Part shown: positions 53,101 to 64,000 of the stretch, piece after piece | Numbering within the stretch: position 1 is the first letter of the stretch | Layout: the number at the start of each line of letters is the position of its first letter | Origin: a virus | Taxonomy: Duplodnaviria; Caudoviricetes | Virus record (IMG/VR): IMGVR_UViG_2703719303_000002 | Location: 1-64,000 of that record | Strand: one strand, 5' to 3' | DNA: 64,000 nucleotides | Program-made: the position numbers and the translations under genes | The notes under the pieces: model-generated | What the model saw: the letters and a program-made list of their open reading frames with translations, nothing else | Told to the model about the DNA's origin: nothing | The model's database searches: none

Positions 53101-56100
53101 GCTTTAAATAAATTTTAATATCTTCTATAGTTTTAAAGTTTTTCTTAAGATATAAGGCAAATTTATATAACGTCTTTGTGGTTTTTATATAGCCCTCATT
53201 ATTTCCAATACCATAAATATTTTTAGGCTTTGTAAGTGTTCCATCCCTCTTATAATGTTGTTCATTTTCGTTGATATAAGTAGCGTAACCACATTGAAAC
53301 ATACGATAAATGATAAAATCTTTGCCCTTCAAGATATAACTATTGTCTTTTATGTGCATACGATATAATGTGTTTAAAGCACTTTCAACCTTACATTTTT
53401 GAAAAGGCTTTAAGCTTTTAGTAAACCCTAAGTTACTATTGTTTAACTCTAAAAAATCCATTATTACTCCTCTTTTCTATTGTTTATTAAACTCCATTGT
53501 TGTTACATCTAATATTCTTCATTGTCTTCTATGTAATTTGGTGCATAATTAGTATATAAAACTACATCAAAAAGGTTGTCGTATACTTGAACATCTGCAA
53601 CCTCTTCTCTTGAGCATAATATGTTTTCAATTTCTTCTATACTCTTCTTATCTAATTTACAATTAAACTTTTCCTCTAATTGTTGATTTTCAATTGTATA
53701 TTGAAAACCACTCATACTGGAATCGCTTTCTTCTTGAACACATTCTATTATATATTTCGAAATTTTTTCATTAAGTGTTCTAGGAAGCCATGCTTCAACA
53801 ACACTTATAATTTCATCATTTACTAAATGACTATTTATTCTTTGTTTCCATGCATAAAGTTGTAGTCCATTTAAAACATCTTTATTCCTATTTTCACTAT
53901 CTTTGTATTTATATATAACTGTATACAATTTATTTAGTACCATTTTGTTATTCCCTCTTTTCTTTATACTAATTGTTATAAGCTATTTATTTTATCTTTC
54001 TTATACCTATCTAAATCAAATCCTTTAAAATTAAACGAAAACCCGCAAAATATTTCTTTATAGGAATAGTTTATATAATGCCTCTTGAAAAATTTAATTA
54101 ATCGTGTTGGATCAAGTATAGTAATATCTTGACCTTTTAAAAAATCATATACACTTTTTTTAAAATTATAAGAATACATATCTAAACCATAACGTATTTC
54201 ATTTTCAACCTCATTTTCTAATAGCAATATATTCACCTCTAATTTGCATATATTATGTTTACTTTGAAACTTCAATTATATTTTCATATAAGTTCTTCTA
54301 TTGCTTTTAATTGAGTTTTATAAAATTGTTTTTCTTGTTTATCCAGTTCTTCTTCAAGTGATATTCTATGTATAATTAATTTTAAGACTTCTATAGCTTC
54401 ATCTATGTTATTATCAAGTTCATATAACAACGTATCTAAAGAACTATTACTATCATTTTTCATCATCATATCAATAACATTTTTATACACTATATTTTTT
54501 ATTATATATTTATTCATTTCATTACTCCTATCTTTTATTTATCTCTTTAGTCTTCCAAATTAAAGCTACTTCTTAATATATTTAGCGCATTTATAGTAAT
54601 TAATCTATCTTGTTTAAAACTGGATTTCTTATAGTCTTGGCTTATCTTATTTTTATATCCTTTACCTAGGTTATTTAATAAATCACAACAACTATAATCT
54701 TTTCTTACGCCTATAGCCTTATATTCACTTCCATTAATTTTTTTATACTCTTCTATAGCTTCCTTAATATTTAAATTTTCTACTACTTTGTTTGCAGTAA
54801 ATACATAAAATTTATACATAACAATACTTCCTTTCTTATAAACTCTATAAGACACATACACTTAATTATGTGCCTTAACAATTTATAAAATCGTTCTTTT
54901 ATTCTAATGTGTAGATAAGTATACTAAAAAGCTTCTTCTTCTATCTTTTAACCATTTTATGAGTTTTTCACAAGTACCTTTCTTTACTAAATAATAAGTT
55001 TTTGTATCATGCTCATATTTGTATTCCTTTATTTTGCCGTTTTTATAATTCACCCTTATTAAAGCATTATGTATATATATTTCTTCCACTTTATCATAAT
55101 CGAGCACTTCATCAAGTTTAAAAGTATACTCGAATTCCTCTCTTTTAAATTCCCAATACTCCGAATCTATTACTACCCATATAATTAAATCATCTTTCAT
55201 TTTTATATTCTCCTTTACTAAAGAATTTTCTATATATTGTATTTTTCTATTGGATACTTAAGGGTATATACGTAACCATCTTTTTATTTTTATCGTCATA
55301 CACCCTTTTACATTCTCTTAATCCATATTTTAAATTCCCATTACAATACAACGTATCTTTTATACCTTCAATTTTTTCGTACTCTTCTTTAGTTTCACAA
55401 TAAACTTTTTCACTTTTATAAATCCACACTGTAAAACATTTATCATTAAACTTACTCTTTTCTATGTTTCCTTTATATGCTTGAATCCATGCTGAAAAGA
55501 TTTCATCATTCTTCCAAGCTCCATATCTACTAGTATATTTGTAATCATCTTCTGGATTAATTGTTATATAAATTTTGTCATAATATTCTGTTGTGTATTT
55601 TAAATTTGGAATTTCTTCATATTTCCATACGTTTACTATTGCTTTAAAAGTTATGGCACCATTTCCGCAGCCGCCACAATGTCCCCAATCACGAAAAGAT
55701 TTTTCCCGTTCACCTATTAATTTTAATTTTGTTGGGATATAAGCCCAAGCGCCACCACTTGTTGAGGTGTTTATCTCATTAAAAGCAGAACAAAGAAATG
55801 GTACATATGGTTCTTCACATATGTATATTTTTTTATCTTTGACATATATATTTTCAATATGTGCATTTTTATAGTAGTCTCCATTTTTTGTTGTGTACTC
55901 CACTATATCACCAACTTGTGGAAAATTTTTATTTCTACTTCCTTCAATCTTCTTTACCCAACTGTTAGCTTTTTCCACGTCAGATTCATTTAATGTATGT
56001 TCATAATCATATGACTTATTTAGCTCCCTTAATTTTTCTAAAGTATACATTTTTATTCCTTCTTCCTTTTTTAAGATTTTATTAGTAACTTTCAACATGA

Positions 56101-57430
56101 GTAAATGACTTATTTATTACTTCTTCAATTTCTTGCTTATGATGAAAAACATACTCATTAACAATTTTCATATTTTTACTTGTTACCATACTTTCAGGGT
56201 CAAAAGATTCACAAGCTATATAAAAAGTACTTTCATCTTTACATTGATTTATAAATGCCATTTTTAAGGCTTTAGGAGCTTTGCTATTTTCTTTTATAAA
56301 TGTTTCGTATTCCCACAAACTCATGTTCATTGGTGTTAATTCATTTCTTATAATGTCCAATTCAAATATTTCTAAAGGTTGTTTTATTAAGCATTCCAGT
56401 GTATATTCTTCTCTTAAATAACTTGGTAAGCATGAATTTATAAAGATTTTTTCTATTTCTGGAATGTCTTTTAAATTATCGCTTTCAAATTCCCATATGC
56501 TAAATAATATTTTTACACCCTTTTTCTCTATTTTAAAATATCTTCTATTACCTTCTTTAGCTAACTTTTTTATCATAATTTTATCCTTCTTTCTATTCAA
56601 ATACTAACTGATATAAGACGTTTAATTTGATTCGTCCTATTCCATTATTTTTTTTATTGCTAAATCTAAAGCATTTAATAACCTTTTATCATTTTGTACT
56701 TCTTCATATGTCAAACTTAAACTATCTAGCGTGTCTCCTAATTCATATGTGATACTATATTCATGATTTCCTAATTCATAATAGAACATATCAAAAATAA
56801 AGGTATCATTTTTCATAGCTTCCTTTATTTCCTTATCATGACGATTAAGCATTTTTTTAAGTTTGGCTGAATCCGTTCTCTTATAAAAACCCCCAGTATT
56901 TCCAAACTTATAAATTTTGTTTGTTTCTGATGGTTCAAGTCCTAATTTTTTCATACCTTCTTTGAATTGTTCTTTAGAAAAGGCAAAGAACATTGGAAAA
57001 TTATTAACCTCTTTTTGATGTTTTCTTTTCATTTCTATGTATTTATTATTCATTTTTAAAACTCCTTTATTATATTTTATTTTTAATGCTAATTGTCATA
57101 AGTGGACTATTCTAATACTCTAAACTCTAATTCTATTTTTCCATCATAAACATAAGCTTTATATGTTGCCATACTAAAAGTTATTTTTAAATAATCTTCT
57201 GTACCCATTCCATTGTTAAAATATTTAACCTTGAACCCAAATTTATCACGTCTTAATATTTTAACTTCTGTAATGCTTTTTGTTAATACATCTTCCATTA
57301 TTCTTTTAATTTCTTTTTTAATAAATTCTCTTTGTTCTTTTTTTGTCATCTTATTATTATCTTCCGCCTTATCATATGTCTTTACAAAATTAAATAATTC
57401 TTTAAAAGTATTCATAATAATAACCTCCAT
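50156..57430 (-). other. Early-region cluster of ~16 hypothetical CDSs (incl. 50550-51365, 52346-53461, 53509-53943, 56082-56600, 56637-57053, 57107-57430)
   Basis: Co-oriented ORFs with strong RBSs, punctuated by operator copies. Confidence 0.7.
55247..56098 (-). CDS. DUF4121-like protein
   Basis: PQVGD..ICEEPYVPF..STSGGAW..F.DWGHCG.CGNGAITF.A.V..W.Y. Confidence 0.65.
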   Translation of the reverse strand: MLKVTNKILKKEEGIKMYTLEKLRELNKSYDYEHTLNESDVEKANSWVKKIEGSRNKNFPQVGDIVEYTTKNGDYYKNAHIENIYVKDKKIYICEEPYVPFLCSAFNEINTSTSGGAWAYIPTKLKLIGEREKSFRDWGHCGGCGNGAITFKAIVNVWKYEEIPNLKYTTEYYDKIYITINPEDDYKYTSRYGAWKNDEIFSAWIQAYKGNIEKSKFNDKCFTVWIYKSEKVYCETKEEYEKIEGIKDTLYCNGNLKYGLRECKRVYDDKNKKMVTYIPLSIQ

Positions 57431-57485
57431 TTTTATTTTAATAATATATGTATATATTTATACCCCTTAAGATCATCTTTTTTAC

Positions 57486-57529
57486 AAAAAAGCAATTGCG
57501 GAATACGGGGGATTTTGTATCCCACAATT
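57486..57529 (-). terminator. Terminator-like hairpin in early leader
   Basis: AATTGTGGGATAC/GTATTCCGCAATT followed by GCTTTTTT. Confidence 0.6.
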
Positions 57530-57702
57530 TAAGTTGTTTTAATTTTGAGTTTTTATAAACTCTATGAAGTATATAAAATTAATTATATACTTCAATACAA
57601 TTTATAAACGTTCTTCTCTATCTCATTATTTTTGCTGATTTTAGATACTATATAAAAATACCCAAAATAAAAAGAATAGATTTTAAATCTATTCTTAAGA
57701 AT

Positions 57703-57858
57703 TTATAAAGCTTTTAACTTATTAAATTTACTCTCATGTTCGTTTACTTTTTCATCAATAGCATCTAATTTCTTATCAATATTATCTAGCTTCTCTACAA
57801 TATTTTCATACATACCTTGTAGTAAACTTAGAAGTTTGTTATATTGTTCATTTTCCAT
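57703..57858 (-). CDS. 51-aa coiled-coil protein
   Basis: MENEQYNKLLSLLQGMYENIVEKLDNIDKKLDAIDEKVNEHESKFNKLKAL; RBS AGAGGG; followed by palindrome 57672-57696. Confidence 0.65.
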   Translation of the reverse strand: MENEQYNKLLSLLQGMYENIVEKLDNIDKKLDAIDEKVNEHESKFNKLKAL

Positions 57859-58644
57859 TTTTAACACCCTCTTTACTTATGTATTATATCATAAAATATA
57901 AATATCTTTTATATTCTAATTTAAAAATACACCTGTTAATATATTCTTAAATTAGAATATAAGACTATAAAAATGCACACACTTACAGCATGATTTTACA
58001 AATATAATATCAATTACTTTAAACTTATTTTTATTTACACAATAAAATATAAGGTAATATATAATTATTTAGATGTCATTTTTATAATCTTATAATAGTG
58101 TATTAGTTTAATTTTAAAAATATTTTTCATTCTAGTAATTAAAGAACATGGATATATAAGGACTATATATATTCTTTTATGAATTGTTTTGTCATAGTTT
58201 TTTAAAATTAAAAATATAGAAAATAACATTTTAACAATTGAAAATTTACAAACAACGATAGAATAAGTAATTGAACCAATAGAGTTATAAAACGGTCGTT
58301 GTAATAAATCGTGCATTCCTTTCACCCTTCCAACCTATTTTCCAAGGTGTTTTCTTATGCTAGTGTTATACACTTTTAAATATCTATGACCATTATCAAA
58401 TAATAATCGCCACGATATAGCATAGTATAAGTAGCCTATATGAAGCATAGTAATATACTTATTTTTCAAAGTGCGTTATGACCTGATGAAATAATCGAGC
58501 CTTACAATTTAATTAGTCCGTAATTTGATGTAAATAATTGTATGCTACCATTGTATTACTGTATAGAATTAACTATTATTTTATGTTATTGTTATATGCT
58601 TACTGTTGTAAGTCGTTTAAGTTGTTTCCCTCAAGCACATGTAT

Positions 58645-58673
58645 ATAATACAATATATATTTATTTAATTCAA
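58645..58673 (-). promoter_or_regulatory. Leftward early promoter bracketed by operator copies (58596-58613, 58700-58717)
   Basis: TTGAAT-N17-TATTAT. Confidence 0.6.
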
Positions 58674-59543
58674 TGTGTATTTTAGGTCGAATACTTATTG
58701 TGCTAACTGTTATAAGTCATTAATTTAAATTAGCTATGTATACCTGCCTTTTTCGTTTGTTTACTAAGTCGCCTATAAAAGCTATTTATAAATTATAAGT
58801 AATACTGCTATATACTCATATAAGGCTATTTAACACGTGTTTATATTTGATATAGAATTGTACTACTATAGTATTAAAAATCAATTATAGACGTTTTAAG
58901 CTGAATATATAGTCATAATCTATTTATATATCAATAGTATATTAACCTATAGTATATATTATAGTGTATATCATTAGATATAAGATTATCATTAAATTTA
59001 AGAACCTATACAATATATAGTACTAATATGTATGTATTATTCAGCCATAAAAAATACTATAGTTTTTTTATTCCACTATTAATAAAAACAAGTAAACATT
59101 ATTTTTTTGAAAAAGTAATCAAACAAAAAAATATATTAACTAATAACAAATATTAGTTCATAAAGATTCAACTATAGCTATTTTCTGACTACAACACCCT
59201 TTTTTTACAAGAAATTACTTTACATTAGATTAAATATGTATTTAATTCAATGTTTTTCACTCAAACCCTCTACGCTAAGAATATCAATGTGTTTTAAGAA
59301 TTATTTATTGTCATGATCGTAGGAAAATAAAGCTATTTGCTGCAAGAATTACTACATAGGGGGGTACTTTACGTTTCAACGGGTTTCGGGTTTTCAAAAT
59401 TTCCCCACCCCTAGTCTCTTCTCTTACTCAGTTAAAATTTAATATTATATACAGTAATTAAAACGGGAAAAAACTCTAAATCCTTTTACATACTTAATTT
59501 TTTATATACTTTTCTAACTTTTTTGTTTTTTTAATACCCTTTC

Positions 59544-59727
59544 ACCGTAAATTCTAATCCCTCATACCGTAATTTTCCACCGTAATATTTTTGCTAATTT
59601 ATTTGCTTAATCCAAAAAATCACGCTTTAACCCTTGATACTATTTTGTTTCACCGTAATTTAATTTTAATATATTCATTGAAAAAACATTTCCTAATAGC
59701 TTGCTATATCTAACTTCCTCCGTAATT
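59544..59727 (+). repeat. Five direct copies of (A)CCGTAA(T)
   Basis: Copies at 59544, 59566, 59579, 59652, 59720. Confidence 0.75.
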
Positions 59728-59778
59728 CAAATTAATGATATTAATTTTGATATCTTAAATCTTTTAAATTGTATTTAT

Positions 59779-59807
59779 TTGACTTGTAACACTTAGTATG
59801 ATAACAT
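59779..59807 (+). promoter_or_regulatory. Rightward promoter with 18-bp operator in spacer
   Basis: TTGACT-N17-TAACAT containing ACTTGTAACACTTAGTAT. Confidence 0.75.
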
Positions 59808-59834
59808 GATAGAAAAAATAAAGGAGATGATTAT

Positions 59835-60821
59835 ACGAATATATCTAATTTATATGAAGGTCAACAACTAAAATCTTATAAAGCCCTTTGTAATACTATA
59901 GATGAAAAAATAAAGAGTGGTTGTAGTAAAAAAGCTCAATTGAAGCAATTAGAATCTCTATGTTCTTATCATAAAGATGGGAACTCTTTTATTATTGATA
60001 AAATTTATTGTCATAAAAAAAGTCTATCTGATAATAGACACAATGGTAATAATTCTGTTTATAATGATAAACTACAATTGTTAATAACTTGTTTACTTGC
60101 TGGAACTGATGATGGAACTTTGCTGATTCCTATTAGTAAGCTGTTACAACAACTTAAAATGATAAATAAAGATTATATATATTTTAAAAATGCAAAAAAA
60201 GAATTATCAAAAGAAATGAAAATAAATCAAGCATATATCGAAGATTTTTATAAATATAGTTATCAAATGCTAAAAAATGCTTTAAATAAATCTTTAGAAT
60301 CTTTAGAAAAACGTAAACTTATCTTCTACTCTAAAGAAATACTTATATGTTATCTTGATGAAAACAATACATGTAAATATAGGTTAGCAACTGATATTGA
60401 AATTAAAGAAATATTAAGTGCAGAAAAAAACACTTTAGAAGAAATGAATTGTAAATCTGTTTTAGATGTATTCTTAAAAAAACAAATAGGAATATTTAAT
60501 TTAAAAGTAATAAATAAGCTAAAATTCGATCTTGAAAATACAGAATACTATTTTTCTATATACAAAATAATTAGTAATAAACATCATATAATACAAGCCT
60601 TAGAAGAAGATAAACGAGAAGAAGTTGAGAAAAGTCTAAATTTAATAATTCAAGAAAGAATAGAAAAAAACACTAAGGTTAGACGTAACAAGATTTTAAA
60701 ACAGAGAAATAATGAATGGGGAACTCAAATTTTGCCCATCTACCAAGAAATAAAAGAATCTGAAGAGTATATTGAAAATACTATAAAGTTAATACAAAAG
60801 CTTATAAAGCTTAATAAATAA
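59835..60821 (+). CDS. Putative replication initiator/DNA-binding protein; probable ACG start (ORF track start 59940)
   Basis: Frame open upstream of 59940 to ACG 8 nt after AAGGAG, giving (M)NISNLYEGQQLKSYKALC..KKAQLKQL; function inferred from context. Confidence 0.55.
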   Translation, partial: TNISNLYEGQQLKSYKALCNTIDEKIKSGCSKKAQLKQLESLCSYHKDGNSFIIDKIYCHKKSLSDNRHNGNNSVYNDKLQLLITCLLAGTDDGTLLIPISKLLQQLKMINKDYIYFKNAKKELSKEMKINQAYIEDFYKYSYQMLKNALNKSLESLEKRKLIFYSKEILICYLDENNTCKYRLATDIEIKEILSAEKNTLEEMNCKSVLDVFLKKQIGIFNLKVINKLKFDLENTEYYFSIYKIISNKHHIIQALEEDKREEVEKSLNLIIQERIEKNTKVRRNKILKQRNNEWGTQILPIYQEIKESEEYIENTIKLIQKLIKLNK

Positions 60822-60982
60822 TAAAGAATATGAATTTTATTAATTATCTTAAATAATTAACTTTTATTCTTTTTTCTTTGAACCATCTCTTTGTATTTCC
60901 AGCAAAGCTGATAAATCCAAAGACCTTCGCCAAAGAAAAAGAACCAAAAAAGAAAGCTCCTTATATTGTTTTCTTTTATATT

Positions 60983-61104
60983 AAATAAAAGTTGGCTATT
61001 TAAAGATACCTATAATAAATAAATATATATTATATAAATATAGATATTTTTAAATAGCCAACTTTTATTTTTTAGAATACTATTAGCTGATTTTAAATAG
61101 CCAA
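60983..61104. repeat. 22-bp perfect inverted repeat around an AT-rich core plus a third partial copy (candidate origin)
   Basis: AAATAAAAGTTGGCTATTTAAA(60983-61004)/TTTAAATAGCCAACTTTTATTT(61049-61070); TTTTAAATAGCCAA at 61091-61104. Confidence 0.8.
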
Positions 61105-61120
61105 GAAAGGATATGATATT

Positions 61121-63301
61121 TTGAATAATGATAAGCAGCATTATACTTTTACGATAATACCTATTAGGAAATTATTCTACAATGATGCAAACAATTTTGG
61201 TATATATACATGTACCATAGAAGACAAACAGGATGTTTTTAATCCTAAAAATACCGTTATAAGCGGTACTATGCCATCTTTAGAATTAGGCAAAGCTTAT
61301 AAAGTTATGGGGTTTGAATTTATTCATAAAAAATATGGACAGCAATTACAGATAGAAAATGTTGAAATTAAAAAATTAAACTCTTCAGCAGATGAAAGGA
61401 ATTTTTTAAAGAATATAGTTACTCTAAATCAATATCAAGAGATTATAAAAATTTATAAGTCTCCTATAACTGCTATAACTTCTGGAACTTTTAATATAAG
61501 TAAAGTGAAAGGTATTAAAGAAAAATATTTTGAAGTTTTAAAGAAAAAAATAATAAAAAATTTAGAATACATGAATTTTTATTCTGAATTTACAAAAATA
61601 GGTTTTAATTTTAATCAAATGAAAAAAATTATAGATTTTTATAAGGGCGGAGAATTATCTTTACAAATAATTAATAAGAATCCTTACAAGTTGTATATGG
61701 ATATAAAAGGCTTTGGATTTAAAACTGTAGATAGTATAGCTTTAAGTATGGGTATTGAACCTGATAGTAATTTTCGAACTAAAGCAGCTATATTATATTG
61801 TTTAGAACAGAAAGAGCAGAATGGCGACACTTATGCTTTTATAGAAGATATTCATCAGCAAGTTGAAAAGCTACTTAATATTAAAATAAATGATATAAAA
61901 AACTATTTGGATAAAGAATATTATTATTTTGATGTTTTAAGATTAGCAAAAAGAACAACTTGGGAAACAGAAAAGGACATTTCAGTAAGATTAAAAGAAA
62001 AAATAAATAATTCGCAAAAACTTTTTACGAATAATGTTATACATTTGATTCCTGAAATAGAACGAATTTTAAGAATAAAGTATGATGATAAGCAAAAAGA
62101 ACTTTTTTATAAAATAAATGAAAATAATATATTAGTATTAACTGGGTTTGCTGGTACAGGAAAATCTAGTGTATTAAATGGATTACTAAATTTATTTGAT
62201 AAAAAAAATATAACATATAAGCTAATGAGTCCAACTGCAAAGGCAGCAAAAAGAATGGAAGAATGCACAGGTAAAAAAGCTAGTACAATTCATAGAGCAT
62301 TAGGTTTAGCAGAAGGAAAATTTTTAGTAAATGAAAAAAATCCCTTTGCCGAAGATGTGATTATAATAGATGAGACAAGTATGGTTGACATATATTTATT
62401 CTTAGCGGTTTTAAAAGGTATAAAGAATACAACAAAACTTTTATGTTTAGGCGATTATGGACAATTAGAAAGCATATCAGCAGGAAATGTATTATTTGAC
62501 ATGATTCAAGGAGGAATTCCATGTGTAAAATTAGAAAAAATTTTTAGACAAAAGGAGGATAGTTCTTTATTAAATGTAATTACAAATATAAGGAATGGAG
62601 ATAATCCTTTAAAAAATACTCACAAAACTTATTTAGAATTAGGACGAGACTGTAAATTTTGGTTGGGTAAAAAAGAACAAACTTTATCAAGAGTTTTACT
62701 TTGCTATAAAGAATGTTTAAAACATTTTTCAAGGGAGGATATAATGGTTTTATGTCCAATGAAAAAAGGAAATTCAGGTGTAAATAAATTAAATCAAGAA
62801 CTACAAAAAATAGCAAATTCTCAAAATACTGAGGAACTAAAATTAAAAGATTGTGCATACAAAAAAGAAGACTTGGTTATGCATATAAAAAATGATTATA
62901 ATGCAAATATATTTAGTGAAGATTGCAAAGATACAATAGCTAAAGGTATTTTTAATGGGGATGCTGGTAAAATAGAAAAAATAGATTTAGAAAACCAAAA
63001 ATTATACGTGTCTTATGATTCAGGTATTGTAGAATATGATAATTCTAATCTAAATGAATTAATGTTATCTTACGCATTGACTATTCACAAAGTACAAGGA
63101 TCTCAATCTAAAGTTGTAATAGTAGCCTTAGATATGTCTCATTATAAAATGTTAAAAAGAAGTCTATTATATACCGCTGCTTCAAGATGTGTAGAATTAT
63201 TAATTTTTATATGTGATCCAAAAGCATTTAGTATTGCACTAAATAATAATCAAGTTACACACAAAAACACTTTTTTAGGAGAACTTTTGAAAATAAGTTG
63301 A
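61121..63301 (+). CDS. recD2: RecD2-like SF1B helicase
   Basis: HKKYGQQ N-domain, GFAGTGKS, SPTAKAA, DETSMVD, GDYGQL, YALTIHKVQGSQ. Confidence 0.95.
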   Translation: MNNDKQHYTFTIIPIRKLFYNDANNFGIYTCTIEDKQDVFNPKNTVISGTMPSLELGKAYKVMGFEFIHKKYGQQLQIENVEIKKLNSSADERNFLKNIVTLNQYQEIIKIYKSPITAITSGTFNISKVKGIKEKYFEVLKKKIIKNLEYMNFYSEFTKIGFNFNQMKKIIDFYKGGELSLQIINKNPYKLYMDIKGFGFKTVDSIALSMGIEPDSNFRTKAAILYCLEQKEQNGDTYAFIEDIHQQVEKLLNIKINDIKNYLDKEYYYFDVLRLAKRTTWETEKDISVRLKEKINNSQKLFTNNVIHLIPEIERILRIKYDDKQKELFYKINENNILVLTGFAGTGKSSVLNGLLNLFDKKNITYKLMSPTAKAAKRMEECTGKKASTIHRALGLAEGKFLVNEKNPFAEDVIIIDETSMVDIYLFLAVLKGIKNTTKLLCLGDYGQLESISAGNVLFDMIQGGIPCVKLEKIFRQKEDSSLLNVITNIRNGDNPLKNTHKTYLELGRDCKFWLGKKEQTLSRVLLCYKECLKHFSREDIMVLCPMKKGNSGVNKLNQELQKIANSQNTEELKLKDCAYKKEDLVMHIKNDYNANIFSEDCKDTIAKGIFNGDAGKIEKIDLENQKLYVSYDSGIVEYDNSNLNELMLSYALTIHKVQGSQSKVVIVALDMSHYKMLKRSLLYTAASRCVELLIFICDPKAFSIALNNNQVTHKNTFLGELLKIS

Positions 63302-63304
63302 TTA

Positions 63305-63333
63305 TTGACTTATTGCAGTTAGTATGTTATTAT
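63305..63333 (+). promoter_or_regulatory. Promoter with 18-bp operator in spacer
   Basis: TTGACT-N17-TATTAT containing ACTTATTGCAGTTAGTAT. Confidence 0.7.
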
Positions 63334-63363
63334 ATATATAATATTAGAAAGAAAGGATTAAAG

Positions 63364-64000
63364 ATGGAGATAAATAAGCAGCAAAAAGAAGTTATAAACC
63401 TTAACGAAGGTATTTATTGTGTTAGCGCTGGCGCTGGAAGTGGAAAAACTTTTTCGTTAGTTCAACATATAATTCATTTAGTAAATGATTTGAATATTCC
63501 ACAAAGTGATATTCTGCTAATTTCTTTTACAAGAGCAGCAGTTAATAATCTAAAAAAAAAGTTAGAAGAAAATTTTATTTATGACGTTTCCGTTCATACT
63601 TTTCACAGCCTATCAGCTAAGATACTTAGCGAATATGGGTTGAATGTTTCAAAAACATTACCAGTTTGGAAGATTCAAAAAGAATTTGAGAAAATAAATT
63701 CTAATGTTGAGACAGAAAAAATTTTATCGTGGATTGGTTTTCAAAAAAATCATGGAAAAACCCCAAAAGATAAATTTTATCCGATAGAAACAGATTATAC
63801 AGAAACTGAGCTTAGAGCTATGTTTAAACTTTATGAAAATTTAAAAGAAAAAGAAAACTGTTATGACTTTGAAGATTGGATTATTTTAGCTTTAGAAAAG
63901 TTAAAAAAGCATCCCCGTAAATGGAAATATGTAATGGCTGACGAAGTTCAAGATAGTAATGATTTAAATATAGAGATGATCAAACTAATTTCCAAGAATC
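63364..64000 (+). CDS. UvrD/PcrA-family helicase (truncated by window end)
   Basis: MEINKQQKEVI..AGAGSGKT, ISFTRAA, TFHSL, ADEVQD; RBS AAAGGA. Confidence 0.9.
   Translation, partial: MEINKQQKEVINLNEGIYCVSAGAGSGKTFSLVQHIIHLVNDLNIPQSDILLISFTRAAVNNLKKKLEENFIYDVSVHTFHSLSAKILSEYGLNVSKTLPVWKIQKEFEKINSNVETEKILSWIGFQKNHGKTPKDKFYPIETDYTETELRAMFKLYENLKEKENCYDFEDWIILALEKLKKHPRKWKYVMADEVQDSNDLNIEMIKLISKN

Noticed and set aside
58065-58325. 86-aa ORF in the early leader
   Set aside because: Extremely AT-rich, I/K/F-biased, no motif; more likely non-coding leader
59008-59023. Single NrdR-box-like 16-mer ATACAATATATAGTAC
   Set aside because: No tandem partner; lies in very AT-rich DNA where chance matches are likely

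Overview
AT-rich clostridial-type DNA. The left end (1-~410) is host sequence: a sigmaA promoter, tRNA-Leu(GAG), a 6S-like RNA and a terminator, all on the minus strand. The rest is the early/replication half of a large SPbeta-like temperate prophage, transcribed leftward from ~58.6 kb and rightward from ~59.8 kb. It encodes a large serine integrase with a candidate RDF, a sigma factor, RecU, DnaE, a C5 methyltransferase, nucleotide-metabolism enzymes (NT5C, Gmk, Dut, NrdD), RecJ, primase, LigA, a DnaB-like helicase, AAA and SSB-like proteins, a ParM/ParR-like pair, RecD2 and UvrD. No virion genes are in the window. From memory (unverified), the gene order resembles the phage-like region next to 6S RNA in Clostridium acetobutylicum. 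The main signal is a regulatory network. About 23 copies of an 18-bp pseudo-palindrome (consensus ACTTATAACAATTAGTAT in the transcribed direction) sit at gene junctions or exactly in -35/-10 spacers. A catalytically degenerate tyrosine-recombinase protein (MrpR-like) is the likely repressor, and its promoter carries two inverted copies. Also present are an RRNPP receptor with an unannotated 41-aa signalling pre-peptide, an RlmN-like radical SAM enzyme lacking the resolving Cys, a HEPN-motif accessory gene, tandem NrdR boxes before ligA, and several non-AUG starts. Motif copies were found by eye, so the count may be incomplete.
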